NCBI GenBank assembly: GCA_965601455.1
Contig: OZ271831.1
Span: forward strand, 3,816,268-3,880,267
Length of the DNA: 64,000 nucleotides
Origin: Cyclobacteriaceae bacterium
GTDB taxonomy: Bacteria; Bacteroidota; Bacteroidia; Cytophagales; Cyclobacteriaceae
Direction of reading: 5' to 3'
The notes below the pieces were generated by a model, which had not been told where the DNA came from, did no database searches, and saw only the letters and a list, made by a program, of their open reading frames with translations. Made by a program: the position numbers and the translations under genes. Below are positions 1 through 8,889 of this stretch, one piece after another. The first letter of the stretch is position 1. Each line of letters begins with the position of its first letter.

Positions 1-562
1 CACGAACCTCAAGTTCTTCCTCCGGTAAAGCCAATATCGATACTTCATTCACTCCCGACAGCTTCTCAATTTCATCTTGTATCGCTTCGGCCTCATCTTT
101 CATTTCACGAAAGGTTCGTTCGGTACTCAACAAAGCCAATTGATGAATGCTGACAGATTTATTTGGTTCGAATTTTCGTATTTGGAGATCATACATCTCG
201 TCAGGTAAAGTCGGCTCAATCGCTTTAACCTCCCGGATGATCTCGTCGTATTTATCATCTACATCAATACCGAAAGTCGCTTCAACCTGGATGATTGTTA
301 ACCCTTCTTCGATAACGGTTATGATGTGATCAATGTCATCCAATTTATCCAGTTCATCTTCTAATGGATTTACAATTAGCTCCTCCATGTCCTCCGGTGA
401 AGTACCTGGATAAACGGCTACGATAGTGTAGAACGGAAACTTGGGATTTGGATCTTCACTCCTGGGCATCTGCATAATTGAGGAGATGCCTATAAAAGTG
501 GCCATGACTATCAGTATAAGTACAAACTGATAGTTCTTTATGGATAATTCGGGTAGTTTCAT
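1..562 (-). CDS. Efflux RND transporter permease subunit (AcrB/CzcA-like). Only the N-terminal ~187 codons are present; the gene runs off the left edge.
   Basis: Not in the ORF track because there is no stop in the window. Manual minus-strand translation from the ATG at 560-562 gives MKLPELSIKNYQFVLILIVMATFIGISSIMQMPRSEDPNPKFPFYTIVAVYPGTSPEDMEELIVNPLEDEL. This is the typical TM1 plus first periplasmic loop of RND pumps. It lies 6 nt downstream of the adaptor gene, in TolC-MFP-RND order. Confidence 0.8.
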   Translation of the reverse strand, partial: MKLPELSIKNYQFVLILIVMATFIGISSIMQMPRSEDPNPKFPFYTIVAVYPGTSPEDMEELIVNPLEDELDKLDDIDHIITVIEEGLTIIQVEATFGIDVDDKYDEIIREVKAIEPTLPDEMYDLQIRKFEPNKSVSIHQLALLSTERTFREMKDEAEAIQDEIEKLSGVNEVSILALPEEELEVR

Positions 563-568
563 CTTCGA

Positions 569-1597
569 TTATTTTAAAGCTTCAAAAGAATCTCCAACTC
601 GTAGGTAGTCGGCGCCTTCCGTTAATACACTCATTGATTCGGTGTCCGAAGCTGTTACCGTAAAGAAATCGTCTCCAATCACCTCTGGTTTTAACTGACG
701 GGCCGATACTTTGTCCTTTACCGGTTCAAAAACAACCACCTCTTCACCAACTACCTGTCGAATAGCCTGGATAGGTACTTTGAAGTATGGCTGTACGGTT
801 GTTGGAAGTATTTTGGCTCTTGCGAAAAATCCACTTCTTAGTGTTCGTGGATTCTGGGAAATGGCCAATTCCACTTCAAATGTTCCTGTCACAGGATGTC
901 CATTTGCAGCAATTTTCGAGATGGTTGCTTCAAATGGCACATTTGGATAGGCATCCATTTGAACCTCAGCAGGATCTCCTAAACTGACTTTCACAACATC
1001 GCGGTCACTAAGCGTGACTCTTATGACCTTACCGGCGTTGGTTTCCAATGTGAAAACGGGTGTGCCCGGATTGATGAGCTCTCCAGCCTCCACATATTTC
1101 TTCAGAATACGTCCATTGAAAGGCACGATAATCTGGCTGTAGGATCTGTTAAACTCAGCAATTGCCAATGCTGATTGGGCTACCTGTAACCCGGTTTCCA
1201 GATCCTGTACGGCCTGCAACGTGGCAGCTGAATCCGCTCTTAAATTTTCAAACCGATTCAGATCTCTTTCCAGCTTTTCGACCTGTGCGGATGCCTGATC
1301 CACCTGAGCATCAATTTCCGATAGGAATAGACTGGCAAGTACCTGTCCTTCCTTTACGTAATCTCCTTCATCGACAGAGATCTCTGCGATTACTCCTCCG
1401 ATTTTGAAGGAAAGGTTGACTTCTTCTAAAGGTGCAAGTTTACCTGAAGTAAGAATCGGCAAAGGATCCGTGATAGGTTCTAAGGCCACTGTCCTGGCCT
1501 TTTTTGTTATTTGAACGTCGGATTGCTCCGTCACATATTCGGGTTTGCAAGCCATCACACCCAGTGCGATTACTGCTATTTTCCAATTAATTTCCAT
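569..1597 (-). CDS. Efflux RND transporter periplasmic adaptor subunit (HlyD/MFP family), lipoprotein
   Basis: Track ORF 569-1648. It has biotinyl-lipoyl-like and coiled-coil hairpin segments (GDYVKEGQVLASL..., QVEKLERDLNRFENL) and a beta-barrel C-terminus. I prefer the ATG at 1597 (MEINWKIAVIALGVMAC lipobox), which removes the overlap with the TolC stop at 1605. Confidence 0.85.
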   Translation of the reverse strand: MEINWKIAVIALGVMACKPEYVTEQSDVQITKKARTVALEPITDPLPILTSGKLAPLEEVNLSFKIGGVIAEISVDEGDYVKEGQVLASLFLSEIDAQVDQASAQVEKLERDLNRFENLRADSAATLQAVQDLETGLQVAQSALAIAEFNRSYSQIIVPFNGRILKKYVEAGELINPGTPVFTLETNAGKVIRVTLSDRDVVKVSLGDPAEVQMDAYPNVPFEATISKIAANGHPVTGTFEVELAISQNPRTLRSGFFARAKILPTTVQPYFKVPIQAIRQVVGEEVVVFEPVKDKVSARQLKPEVIGDDFFTVTASDTESMSVLTEGADYLRVGDSFEALK

Positions 1598-1604
1598 TGT
1601 ACGA

Positions 1605-2945
1605 TTATTTGATTGCTCTTGCACGATCCCATGATGCTTTTCGTGCAAGCAATTGATATTTTGATATGTTAAATGCGATTTGTTCCTGAAGTAGACTGGT
1701 CTGTGCTTCAGTCCATTCGATCAAGAGTGCCTGGTTTTGGCGGTACTTTCTCGATGTTATGTCGAAGTATGACGAAGCCGCCTGTACAGCTTTTTCTCTT
1801 GCCATCATCTGCTGGCTTGCTGCCTGATAAGCAGCTGCCGTATTGACCTCCTCGAGCTCAATACTCCTTCTTAATTGAGCAAGTTGACTATCGACAATAT
1901 AGGCATCTACCTGTGCCTGTTGGTTGGCATACTTCTTTCTTCCACCTGAGAAGATATTCCAGGAAAGACTAAAATTGATTAACCAGTAATCTTGTTGGTC
2001 ATCGAAGGTGTAATCAAATCCCTGGTATCCTACATCCGCTACAGCATTGATTGACGGCAAGAATTGATTACCATTTGTCCTTCTCACATTAAGTTTCTGA
2101 GCAGATTTTGCTGCCAGCAATTGTAAGGTTTCAGGTCTTTGTTCTTTGTAAATGACATCTGCTATCGACTCATCAGTAGCGGTCTCTATGAGCGTATCAT
2201 CTACTTCGATGGCTGTTTCTGACGGACGGTCAAGTAGAAAGTTGAAATAGGCTTGCGACGAAATTACCTGTGAATAGGCTTGTGCCCGGTCGGCAACAAG
2301 CTGCTGCAACTGATACTCGGATCGATATAATTCATCCCTCGTTACCAGATCTTGCCTGACCCTACTTTCATTGAAGGATACCAGGGTTCTTACGGCTTCA
2401 ATATTTGCTTCAAGAATTTCCACCTGTTCATTTGACATCAAGTAGTTGTAATAGGCATGCTTTACTTCTTCAATTAGGTCCAGTTCCTGAATAGCTACCG
2501 CCTGACTTGCAGCCTCACTTAGCTCCTCCTGTATCTTCTTACCGTAATAGATATCATAGTTGAAAACCGGTTGAATCAGTCTTACCCTTGTATCATGAAA
2601 TCGATTGGGTAGAAACTGCTCATTTACGTTCTCAATGGTTGGAAACTGATCGGATTCCGTCAGCTGATTAAGGGTATTGTACACTGGATTGAGTAAGTCC
2701 CCGACCGGAAACTGAATCAATCGTCCCCCATCAGCAAGCGTATAACTGGCTTCAAAGGCCACACTCGGCATATACAGCGCTATAGCTTCCTTTAATTTGG
2801 ATTGCTGCTTTTGCAGCTCCAGCTGCGTGAGCTTCCTCTCCTGGTTTTGACTTAATGCCTCCTGGATGTAGCCTTCCAGGATCGGCTGAGCTGACAAGCA
2901 ACCGCTCACCAGTAAAAGTCCTGATATGATAATTGATTTAAACAT
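1605..2945 (-). CDS. TolC family outer membrane efflux protein
   Basis: 446 aa with a signal/lipobox (LLLVSGC). It shows a duplicated alpha-helical/beta-barrel OEP repeat pattern and is the first gene of the efflux operon. Confidence 0.85.
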   Translation of the reverse strand: MFKSIIISGLLLVSGCLSAQPILEGYIQEALSQNQERKLTQLELQKQQSKLKEAIALYMPSVAFEASYTLADGGRLIQFPVGDLLNPVYNTLNQLTESDQFPTIENVNEQFLPNRFHDTRVRLIQPVFNYDIYYGKKIQEELSEAASQAVAIQELDLIEEVKHAYYNYLMSNEQVEILEANIEAVRTLVSFNESRVRQDLVTRDELYRSEYQLQQLVADRAQAYSQVISSQAYFNFLLDRPSETAIEVDDTLIETATDESIADVIYKEQRPETLQLLAAKSAQKLNVRRTNGNQFLPSINAVADVGYQGFDYTFDDQQDYWLINFSLSWNIFSGGRKKYANQQAQVDAYIVDSQLAQLRRSIELEEVNTAAAYQAASQQMMAREKAVQAASSYFDITSRKYRQNQALLIEWTEAQTSLLQEQIAFNISKYQLLARKASWDRARAIK

Positions 2946-2970
2946 CTTCGTATTAATTACATTGTATTTT

Positions 2971-2992
2971 TAATAAACACTGTTTAGTATTA
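2971..2992. promoter_or_regulatory. Operator-like dyad upstream of tolC (TAAACAcTGTTTA core)
   Basis: There is a perfect 6-1-6 palindrome at 2974-2986. The 16-nt core taaacactgtttagta matches 3644-3659 at 14/16. It lies between the tetR stop and the tolC start. Confidence 0.35.
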
Positions 2993-3005
2993 GATAAAAA
3001 AATTT

Positions 3006-3620
3006 TTATAGTTTATTCATGATTAACCCAAGTGATTCAACCGCTTCATTTACTAATTCATCTTGTCTCTCCTCGGGATACATATCCATTCTACCTCTTA
3101 TCTGGAAGGAAGCGAGACCATGAACGGTAGACCAAATCATTAAGGAAAGCGCTTCGGCATCATGACCCTGGAAGTGACCGGCATCCATGCACTGCTGAAC
3201 CGTACTGGTCAGAACATCATGACTTCTCTTTCCACTTTCGAATGACTCCTCATCATTGTGATGTGATTCTAACGGGGTTTTACTAATGAACATTAAATCA
3301 TAATATGCTTCATTTTCCAGCGCAAAACGCATGTAAACTCGACCGAGCTCTTTCATCCTTTCCAATGGATCTGCGATGGTCATCACTTTCGATAGGTACT
3401 GAAAAAACAAACCAAAGGCCCTTTCCATGATCATATAGAATATCTCATTCTTATCCTTGAAATGTAGATAAATAGTCGCGGGGCTGTATTCAATTCTATC
3501 CGCTATCATCCGAATGCTCGTTTTCTCCACACCTACTTGAAGAAATAAATCCGTAGCAGCGGCCAGGATCTTTTCTTTTAGTACTTCTTTTTCCCTTTGT
3601 TTTCTCTCGCTTATACCCAT
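3006..3620 (-). CDS. TetR/AcrR family transcriptional regulator
   Basis: The N-terminal HTH (ILAAATDLFLQVGVEKTSIRMIADRIEYSPATIYLHFKDKNEIF) is a classic TetR_N signature. It sits directly upstream of the efflux genes. Confidence 0.9.
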   Translation of the reverse strand: MGISERKQREKEVLKEKILAAATDLFLQVGVEKTSIRMIADRIEYSPATIYLHFKDKNEIFYMIMERAFGLFFQYLSKVMTIADPLERMKELGRVYMRFALENEAYYDLMFISKTPLESHHNDEESFESGKRSHDVLTSTVQQCMDAGHFQGHDAEALSLMIWSTVHGLASFQIRGRMDMYPEERQDELVNEAVESLGLIMNKL

Positions 3621-3638
3621 TTAATAAACACTAATTGA

Positions 3639-3661
3639 TTTACTAAACGCTGTTCAGTAAA
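3639..3661. promoter_or_regulatory. Operator-like dyad upstream of tetR (TTTACTaAAC-gct-GTTcAGTAAA)
   Basis: This is a 10-3-10 inverted repeat with one mismatch. It shares a 14/16 core with 2974-2989. An exact 12-mer, ttaataaacact, is also shared between 2970-2981 and 3621-3632. Confidence 0.35.
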
Positions 3662-3952
3662 ATTGGTTCCATTGGACGATGATTTTTTTTCCTTCCCAAA
3701 CTAACCTAAAAAATTGTTGATGTTAAATCCTTGAAAAAGCCTACCAAGATCCGCATCAGATGCCACTAGCAAAGCAGTTTTCCAAAACGTAAACAAATGT
3801 TATCGTTTACAAGGAAGTAGCCTGCGCAATTTTGCCATGAATTAATTACAAAGTTATGGCAATACCACCCTCTTCACTCTATTTCATTATGACGATAAGC
3901 ACGAATGAGCATCATAATCAAATCGGTTTAGAAAACACTAATCCTCAATAAA

Positions 3953-4717
3953 ATGCAGCTTCTATTGGAATTAAAGGCGAAGAATGAGTTGCTGTTCTAT
4001 TTCGGCATTTTCAACTTTCTTTTAACCGGAATATTTATTGCATTGAGTCAATTCACTTCCATCGAGGTTGCAGGAACTAATGCATGGTATAAACCAATTA
4101 AGTTTGCGATATCCATTGGAACATATAGCTGGACCATCGCCTGGCTAATGCGATACCTTCCGGGAGAATCCTTTAGTATGACCGTCAGTTGGATTATCAT
4201 CATCATGCTCGGATTCGAGATCCTGTATATCGGGTTGCAGGCAGGGCGTGGGCAATTATCACACTATAATTTATCCACTCCTTTTTACAGTGGATTGTAT
4301 GCGCTTATGGCCATGGCAGCCACAGTAGTTTCCTTTATCACTCTGATCCTTGCCGTTCGTTTCTTCCAAACTCCATTACCTGACCTACCGATTTACTACC
4401 TATGGTCAATTAGAATTGGTCTATTACTCTTCTTCATCTTTTCGATGGAAGGGTTTGTGATGGGATCTAACCTTTCGCATACCATTGGAGCTGATCACGG
4501 AGGCAAAGTGATCCCATTTCTAAACTGGAGTAGACAATACGGAGATCCTCGTGTAGCCCATTTTTTTGGTATGCATGCACTCCAGGTCTTGCCATTAGCT
4601 TCCTACTATCTCTTGAAAAATACGAAACTGACTCTGGGTCTGGCCGTGATTTACACACTAATTGCTGTATACGTCTTGGTTCAGGCTCTTTATGGAAAAC
4701 CATTTATTAAAGCATAA
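3953..4717 (+). CDS. Multi-pass integral membrane protein, function unknown
   Basis: 254 aa with about 7-8 hydrophobic helices. I recognise no catalytic motif. Confidence 0.5.
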   Translation: MQLLLELKAKNELLFYFGIFNFLLTGIFIALSQFTSIEVAGTNAWYKPIKFAISIGTYSWTIAWLMRYLPGESFSMTVSWIIIIMLGFEILYIGLQAGRGQLSHYNLSTPFYSGLYALMAMAATVVSFITLILAVRFFQTPLPDLPIYYLWSIRIGLLLFFIFSMEGFVMGSNLSHTIGADHGGKVIPFLNWSRQYGDPRVAHFFGMHALQVLPLASYYLLKNTKLTLGLAVIYTLIAVYVLVQALYGKPFIKA

Positions 4718-4735
4718 TCCACAACAACGAAAAAC

Positions 4736-5263
4736 ATGAAATACAAATACACAAAGGTCACCATCAATGCGCTACAGCTAATCATACCTGCATTGCTATT
4801 AACGAGTTGCTACTCGGTGAAAAAATCAGTCGAATCCAGCTATCCATTATCGAAAGAAATAAACTGGCCATCAGAGTACAGACCAGAAGAATCTAAATTC
4901 TTCGTCCACAATGAAATCGATATAGATGCAGATCCCGAGACCGTTTGGAATGTACTGATCAATGCCGGAGAATGGGAGGATTATTACGAGGGTGCCACAA
5001 ATCTTGTTTTGTTAGACAATATTGATGGTCAACTAAATGAAAACTCAGTTTTCACCTGGAATACTATGGGATTGGACTTCACTTCCACCGTAAAAGAGTT
5101 CGAACCACCTTATCGATTGGCCTGGGAATCCAATAAGAACATCATTGATGGTTGGCATGCCTGGTTAATTATCCCAACTGATTCAGGTTCCAAGCTAATT
5201 ACCAGTGAAGCTCAGCATGGATTTATGACTTTGCCACAAAAAATGTTTGTTCCCAAGAAGTGA
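4736..5263 (+). CDS. SRPBCC (START/polyketide-cyclase-like) family lipoprotein, apparently truncated by an in-frame TGA
   Basis: It has a lipobox (LLLTSC) and an SRPBCC-like core (PETVWNVLINAGEWEDYYEG...YRLAWES...WHAWLIIP). The same frame continues after the TGA at 5261 for 18 more sense codons (see findings). Confidence 0.6.
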   Translation: MKYKYTKVTINALQLIIPALLLTSCYSVKKSVESSYPLSKEINWPSEYRPEESKFFVHNEIDIDADPETVWNVLINAGEWEDYYEGATNLVLLDNIDGQLNENSVFTWNTMGLDFTSTVKEFEPPYRLAWESNKNIIDGWHAWLIIPTDSGSKLITSEAQHGFMTLPQKMFVPKK

Positions 5264-5398
5264 AAGGGTCTTCATGATATTTGGCTAGCGGAAATCAAAC
5301 GTAAATCGGAAAGCCAATGAAATTAAGAAGAACAATAAATTGTTACTACCTGGAATGACTGTTATTAAGCATCAACGTCCAAGTAATATAAACTGAAC

Positions 5399-6301
5399 AT
5401 GAACCTATTTCCTGAATTACCATTAGAAAAATGGGAAGAGTCAAAGATCACCTTACATCTATGGCTTCAAATTGTTGGCAAAATCAAACTAGACCTGATG
5501 CCCAAAAGAAATCATTGGTGGAATATTACGTTACGGTTGAATCCGAAAGGACTTTCGACCGGTCCGATTCCAGCTCCTGATCAACATGGTTCATTCCAAA
5601 TTGATTTCAACTTCAAGGATCATAGACTTGATATCCATACCAGCTGGGGTGATGATCTATCTTTCACTTTGTCGGAGGGTTTAAGTGTAGCTCAGTTTCA
5701 TCAAAAACTATTCGCCCAATTGGCAAGTTTAAATATTCATCCTACAATTCAGCCAATACCCTATGATCATCCATGCGACGAGCCTTTCCATGAATGTGAA
5801 ACACACAACAGCTATGACCCAGTTTATGTGGAGCGATTTTGGCAAATTCTTATTCAGGTCGATAGTGTTTTCAAGGAATTTGCCGGAGGATTCCTTGGTA
5901 AGGTTAGTCCATCACAATTGTACTGGCACCACATGGATCTGGCGGTCACCAGGTTTTCCGGACGAAGGGGTCCAGCGTTGCCTGAAGAATCCACAAAGGC
6001 CGATAAAGAAGCTTACTCTCATGAAGTAATCAGCGCAGGATTTTGGGCTGGGGATGAACAAGTTCGTGGCCCGGCCTTTTATTGCTACACGTATCCATCA
6101 CCTGATCATCTTGATAATGAACCGCTACTCCCAAAGAGTGCCCAATGGGTCGACAGCAATGTTAGTCCAATGGCATTATTGATGTACGACGATCTCATTA
6201 AAGAAGACAATCCAAAGAAAGCACTTATGGACTTTCTCCAATCTTCCTATGATGCAGGTGCTCGATTAGCCAATTGGTCAGGGGATCTACTCTTGAAATA
6301 G
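5399..6301 (+). CDS. DUF5996-like conserved hypothetical protein
   Basis: 300 aa. The N-terminus (W..SK.TLHLWLQIVGKIKL) resembles the DUF5996 family as I recall it. No signal peptide. Confidence 0.5.
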   Translation: MNLFPELPLEKWEESKITLHLWLQIVGKIKLDLMPKRNHWWNITLRLNPKGLSTGPIPAPDQHGSFQIDFNFKDHRLDIHTSWGDDLSFTLSEGLSVAQFHQKLFAQLASLNIHPTIQPIPYDHPCDEPFHECETHNSYDPVYVERFWQILIQVDSVFKEFAGGFLGKVSPSQLYWHHMDLAVTRFSGRRGPALPEESTKADKEAYSHEVISAGFWAGDEQVRGPAFYCYTYPSPDHLDNEPLLPKSAQWVDSNVSPMALLMYDDLIKEDNPKKALMDFLQSSYDAGARLANWSGDLLLK

Positions 6302-6306
6302 GATGT

Positions 6307-7311
6307 CTACCTTACGAGATTACTGCTGAGAACGATTTTTCGTATTTCGTTTTCAAAATGATAGATTATGTCCGCGTTCTTGGGAAAGCCATCCATGTGG
6401 TAGATATTCTCCCAAACAATAACGTCAACATTCTTCTCTGGAACGAAGAACTTGATGGATACGAAGCCAAAACCTCGTCCTCCATGCCCCAGATGTTTCA
6501 CCGGATGCCGATCGTGTATTCTCAGGCCGTATCCATAACCCAGGGTATCGTAGTCAAAAGCCGCATGCGGTCCTTCATTTGTTGAAGTGGTCATCAACAG
6601 GTAATTGTCAGGATTCAGAATTTTGCCACCGTGTAATGCTTTGTCCCAAGTATTCAAATCAGTAGCAGTGGATACCATCCCCCCTGCCGGAAGAAAATCC
6701 CTCCAGGTATCATTCGTATGTCCAAATCGACTAAAATCCACTTTGTTCAATTCGCCTTCTAACAGCGAGTGGCCATCTACCAAACCTTCATTGTTTCCTT
6801 CAACTTCATAGCAGTAACTGCTGACCATTCCGAGTTCTTCAAATAGGTTATTTGCGTTCTCGGCAAAAGAGACTCCAGATACTTCGTGGATTATTCTTCC
6901 CATGATACCATACCCAGGATTACTGTAATGATATCCCTCCCCCGGCTTAAACAATAGTGGTTCGTTCAAACCCACTATACCCGAAGACATATTCAGAAGT
7001 TGGTGAATGGTGACGGAATCGGCCCACGTCTGATCAAACCCCGGCAGGTACTCATTTATCGTGTAATCGAGGTCTAGATTTCCTCTTTCAACTTGTCTTA
7101 ATGCCAATACAGCGGTAACCTGCTTACTGTTAGACATTATTCTAAATCGATCCTCAATCGATATAGGTTTCTTTTCTATAAAATCTGAATAACCGAATTC
7201 TTTCTGATATAGAATTTCTTCGTCTTTTGATATGAGAATGACCCCATTAAAAATACGAGGTTCGGTGGTCTTAATCAGACTATCGATTTTCGCTGAATAG
7301 TCATCCGACAA
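6307..7311 (-). CDS. Serine hydrolase, beta-lactamase/transpeptidase fold (class C-like)
   Basis: It carries an SxxK motif (SNSK), YSN and HGG motifs. The track start is a TTG with no signal peptide. The in-frame upstream sequence encodes a lipoprotein signal peptide starting at ATT 7393-7395 (see findings). Confidence 0.8.
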   Translation of the reverse strand: MSDDYSAKIDSLIKTTEPRIFNGVILISKDEEILYQKEFGYSDFIEKKPISIEDRFRIMSNSKQVTAVLALRQVERGNLDLDYTINEYLPGFDQTWADSVTIHQLLNMSSGIVGLNEPLLFKPGEGYHYSNPGYGIMGRIIHEVSGVSFAENANNLFEELGMVSSYCYEVEGNNEGLVDGHSLLEGELNKVDFSRFGHTNDTWRDFLPAGGMVSTATDLNTWDKALHGGKILNPDNYLLMTTSTNEGPHAAFDYDTLGYGYGLRIHDRHPVKHLGHGGRGFGFVSIKFFVPEKNVDVIVWENIYHMDGFPKNADIIYHFENEIRKIVLSSNLVR

Positions 7312-7550
7312 TTGGCTTGTCTTCTCTTCCTTTTCACTTCGACATCCCCAGAAGACAAGTGAAAATAAAAGTATGGGCAGAGTAAATTTCGTAATTGGCT
7401 TAGCTTTTTGAGTTGAGAATTTTTGACATTCACTTCGAGATCGCTCCCTGGTAATTGCAACGTTATGAAAGTCCGATCATCAACATCTTGATGACTGATT
7501 TAGCTGATATAACGGAGAAAGAGTATTAGGGTTATACCGCTGTGCATGGA

Positions 7551-7877
7551 CTAATCGAGTTTTACCAAATGGGTCATCCTTATCAGGTGAAAAATGTGTG
7601 AAACAATAAGACAGCCTACGATAACAATGATTGATAGTGGACCAATCTTCGGGAGGTCTAATGAGTAACCAAAAATGGTAAACCCAATACCAAACCGGCT
7701 AATCAAATAAGCACCCACACCAAAAAAGGCAATTACTGAAAAGATTAGTAAGTTCAGCCTCAACTGAATCTGTTTGATCTGCTTTTTTCTAAGGCTTTCC
7801 ATCAGTTGATCCATGAAATCATCTGAGGTATTGACCAAACTCTCTTTGAGTAGCTCTTTTAGCTTGTCTTCATTCAT
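7551..7877 (-). CDS. Small membrane protein, putative anti-sigma partner of the upstream ECF sigma factor
   Basis: 108 aa with a soluble N-terminal helix and then 2-3 TM segments. Its start overlaps the sigma gene stop by 4 nt (ATGA). Confidence 0.45.
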   Translation of the reverse strand: MNEDKLKELLKESLVNTSDDFMDQLMESLRKKQIKQIQLRLNLLIFSVIAFFGVGAYLISRFGIGFTIFGYSLDLPKIGPLSIIVIVGCLIVSHIFHLIRMTHLVKLD

Positions 7878-8431
7878 AAGTCTTCAATTTCTTTCCCAAA
7901 TTGTTCTTGTAAAATATGGGCCAGGTTCTTTCTAGCCCTATGTAGCGTTACTTTCACCTTGGATAGACTAAAGGAAGTAACTTTCGACACTTCCTCCATT
8001 TTTAATTCTGAGAGGTAGAATAGCCGCAATACCAAAGCCTCATGCGGCTTCATAACTGCTAGTGCACTTTGTATGATTGTTCTTTTGTCAGTCAATTCCG
8101 ATTGTTTTGAGAGGTCATAATCCACCAAATCAATATTTTCGATATCAACATCACGCCTCTTTCTTTTGCGCAACTCATTGTAGCAATGATTCACCACTAT
8201 CCGGTACAACCATGTATAAAAAGGCGACTGGTATTTAAAGGCCCGAATTTTTTCAAACACACGGATAAATGCCTCCTGCAGAACATCTTCGGCTAGTGCG
8301 TGATCCTTTAGTAGGCTTACCGCTAATGTCATCGCCTGATCTTTGTACTTATCAATCAATAATCTGAAAGCATCCTGATCCTCTTTCTTGACCCGTTCAA
8401 TTAATAACCTATCGTGTTCTTCGTTTGTCAA
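7874..8431 (-). CDS. RNA polymerase ECF-type sigma-70 factor
   Basis: Region 2 (DVLQEAFIRVFEKIRAFKYQSPFYTWLYRIVVNHCYNELRKRKR) and region 4 (ALVLRLFYLSELKMEEVSKVTSFSLSKVKVTLHRARKNL) are both present. Confidence 0.9.
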   Translation of the reverse strand: MTNEEHDRLLIERVKKEDQDAFRLLIDKYKDQAMTLAVSLLKDHALAEDVLQEAFIRVFEKIRAFKYQSPFYTWLYRIVVNHCYNELRKRKRRDVDIENIDLVDYDLSKQSELTDKRTIIQSALAVMKPHEALVLRLFYLSELKMEEVSKVTSFSLSKVKVTLHRARKNLAHILQEQFGKEIEDL

Positions 8432-8557
8432 GGAAAATCTTATTGTAAAATGATCGTATTGGATTGCACTTTGAGGTAATATCTAGGTACGTAAGAAGGA
8501 GCTTCCCAAGGTCCTGGCTTAGAAGACACCTTCAAAATCTTATGGTATTTAGCCTTT

Positions 8558-8878
8558 CTACTGCTTTGATTTAGAGGCTATCATCAATCCAACAGCACCA
8601 GATATGAGCACCACTCCCCAACCCAGCAGGTCAAGTGTATTTTCCTCAAAATCCAATAGGGATAAACCACCGGTTATCAGTAATCCAACGCCAAGACCCA
8701 CAACTACATAAGCGACATCCTTTTTTGTAATTCCTTGCCCGGACTTCTCCCTGGAAATTCCTTTTTCAACAAGCATTTTCCTGATGAGGTAAGTATATCT
8801 GGCAATGAAGTAAGTAATAACTACAAAGCCAGTTACGATGATTAGTCCTCCAAGTATTTCATTTATTGACTGTTCCAT
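8558..8878 (-). CDS. Small membrane protein, function unknown
   Basis: 106 aa with three hydrophobic, glycine-rich helices. Confidence 0.4.
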   Translation of the reverse strand: MEQSINEILGGLIIVTGFVVITYFIARYTYLIRKMLVEKGISREKSGQGITKKDVAYVVVGLGVGLLITGGLSLLDFEENTLDLLGWGVVLISGAVGLMIASKSKQ

Positions 8879-8889
8879 AATCGTCGAAT

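Noticed and set aside
1598-1648. Longer start for the MFP adaptor (track start at 1648), overlapping the TolC gene by 44 nt.
   Set aside because: The extension (MHEKHHGIVQEQSNNRT) precedes a perfect lipoprotein signal peptide that begins at the ATG at 1597. The shorter form also removes the overlap.
7275-7460. 61-aa ORF on the minus strand, upstream of and overlapping the hydrolase start.
   Set aside because: Its sequence is composition-like with no motif. A different frame of the same DNA encodes a clean lipoprotein signal peptide continuous with the hydrolase, which explains the region better.
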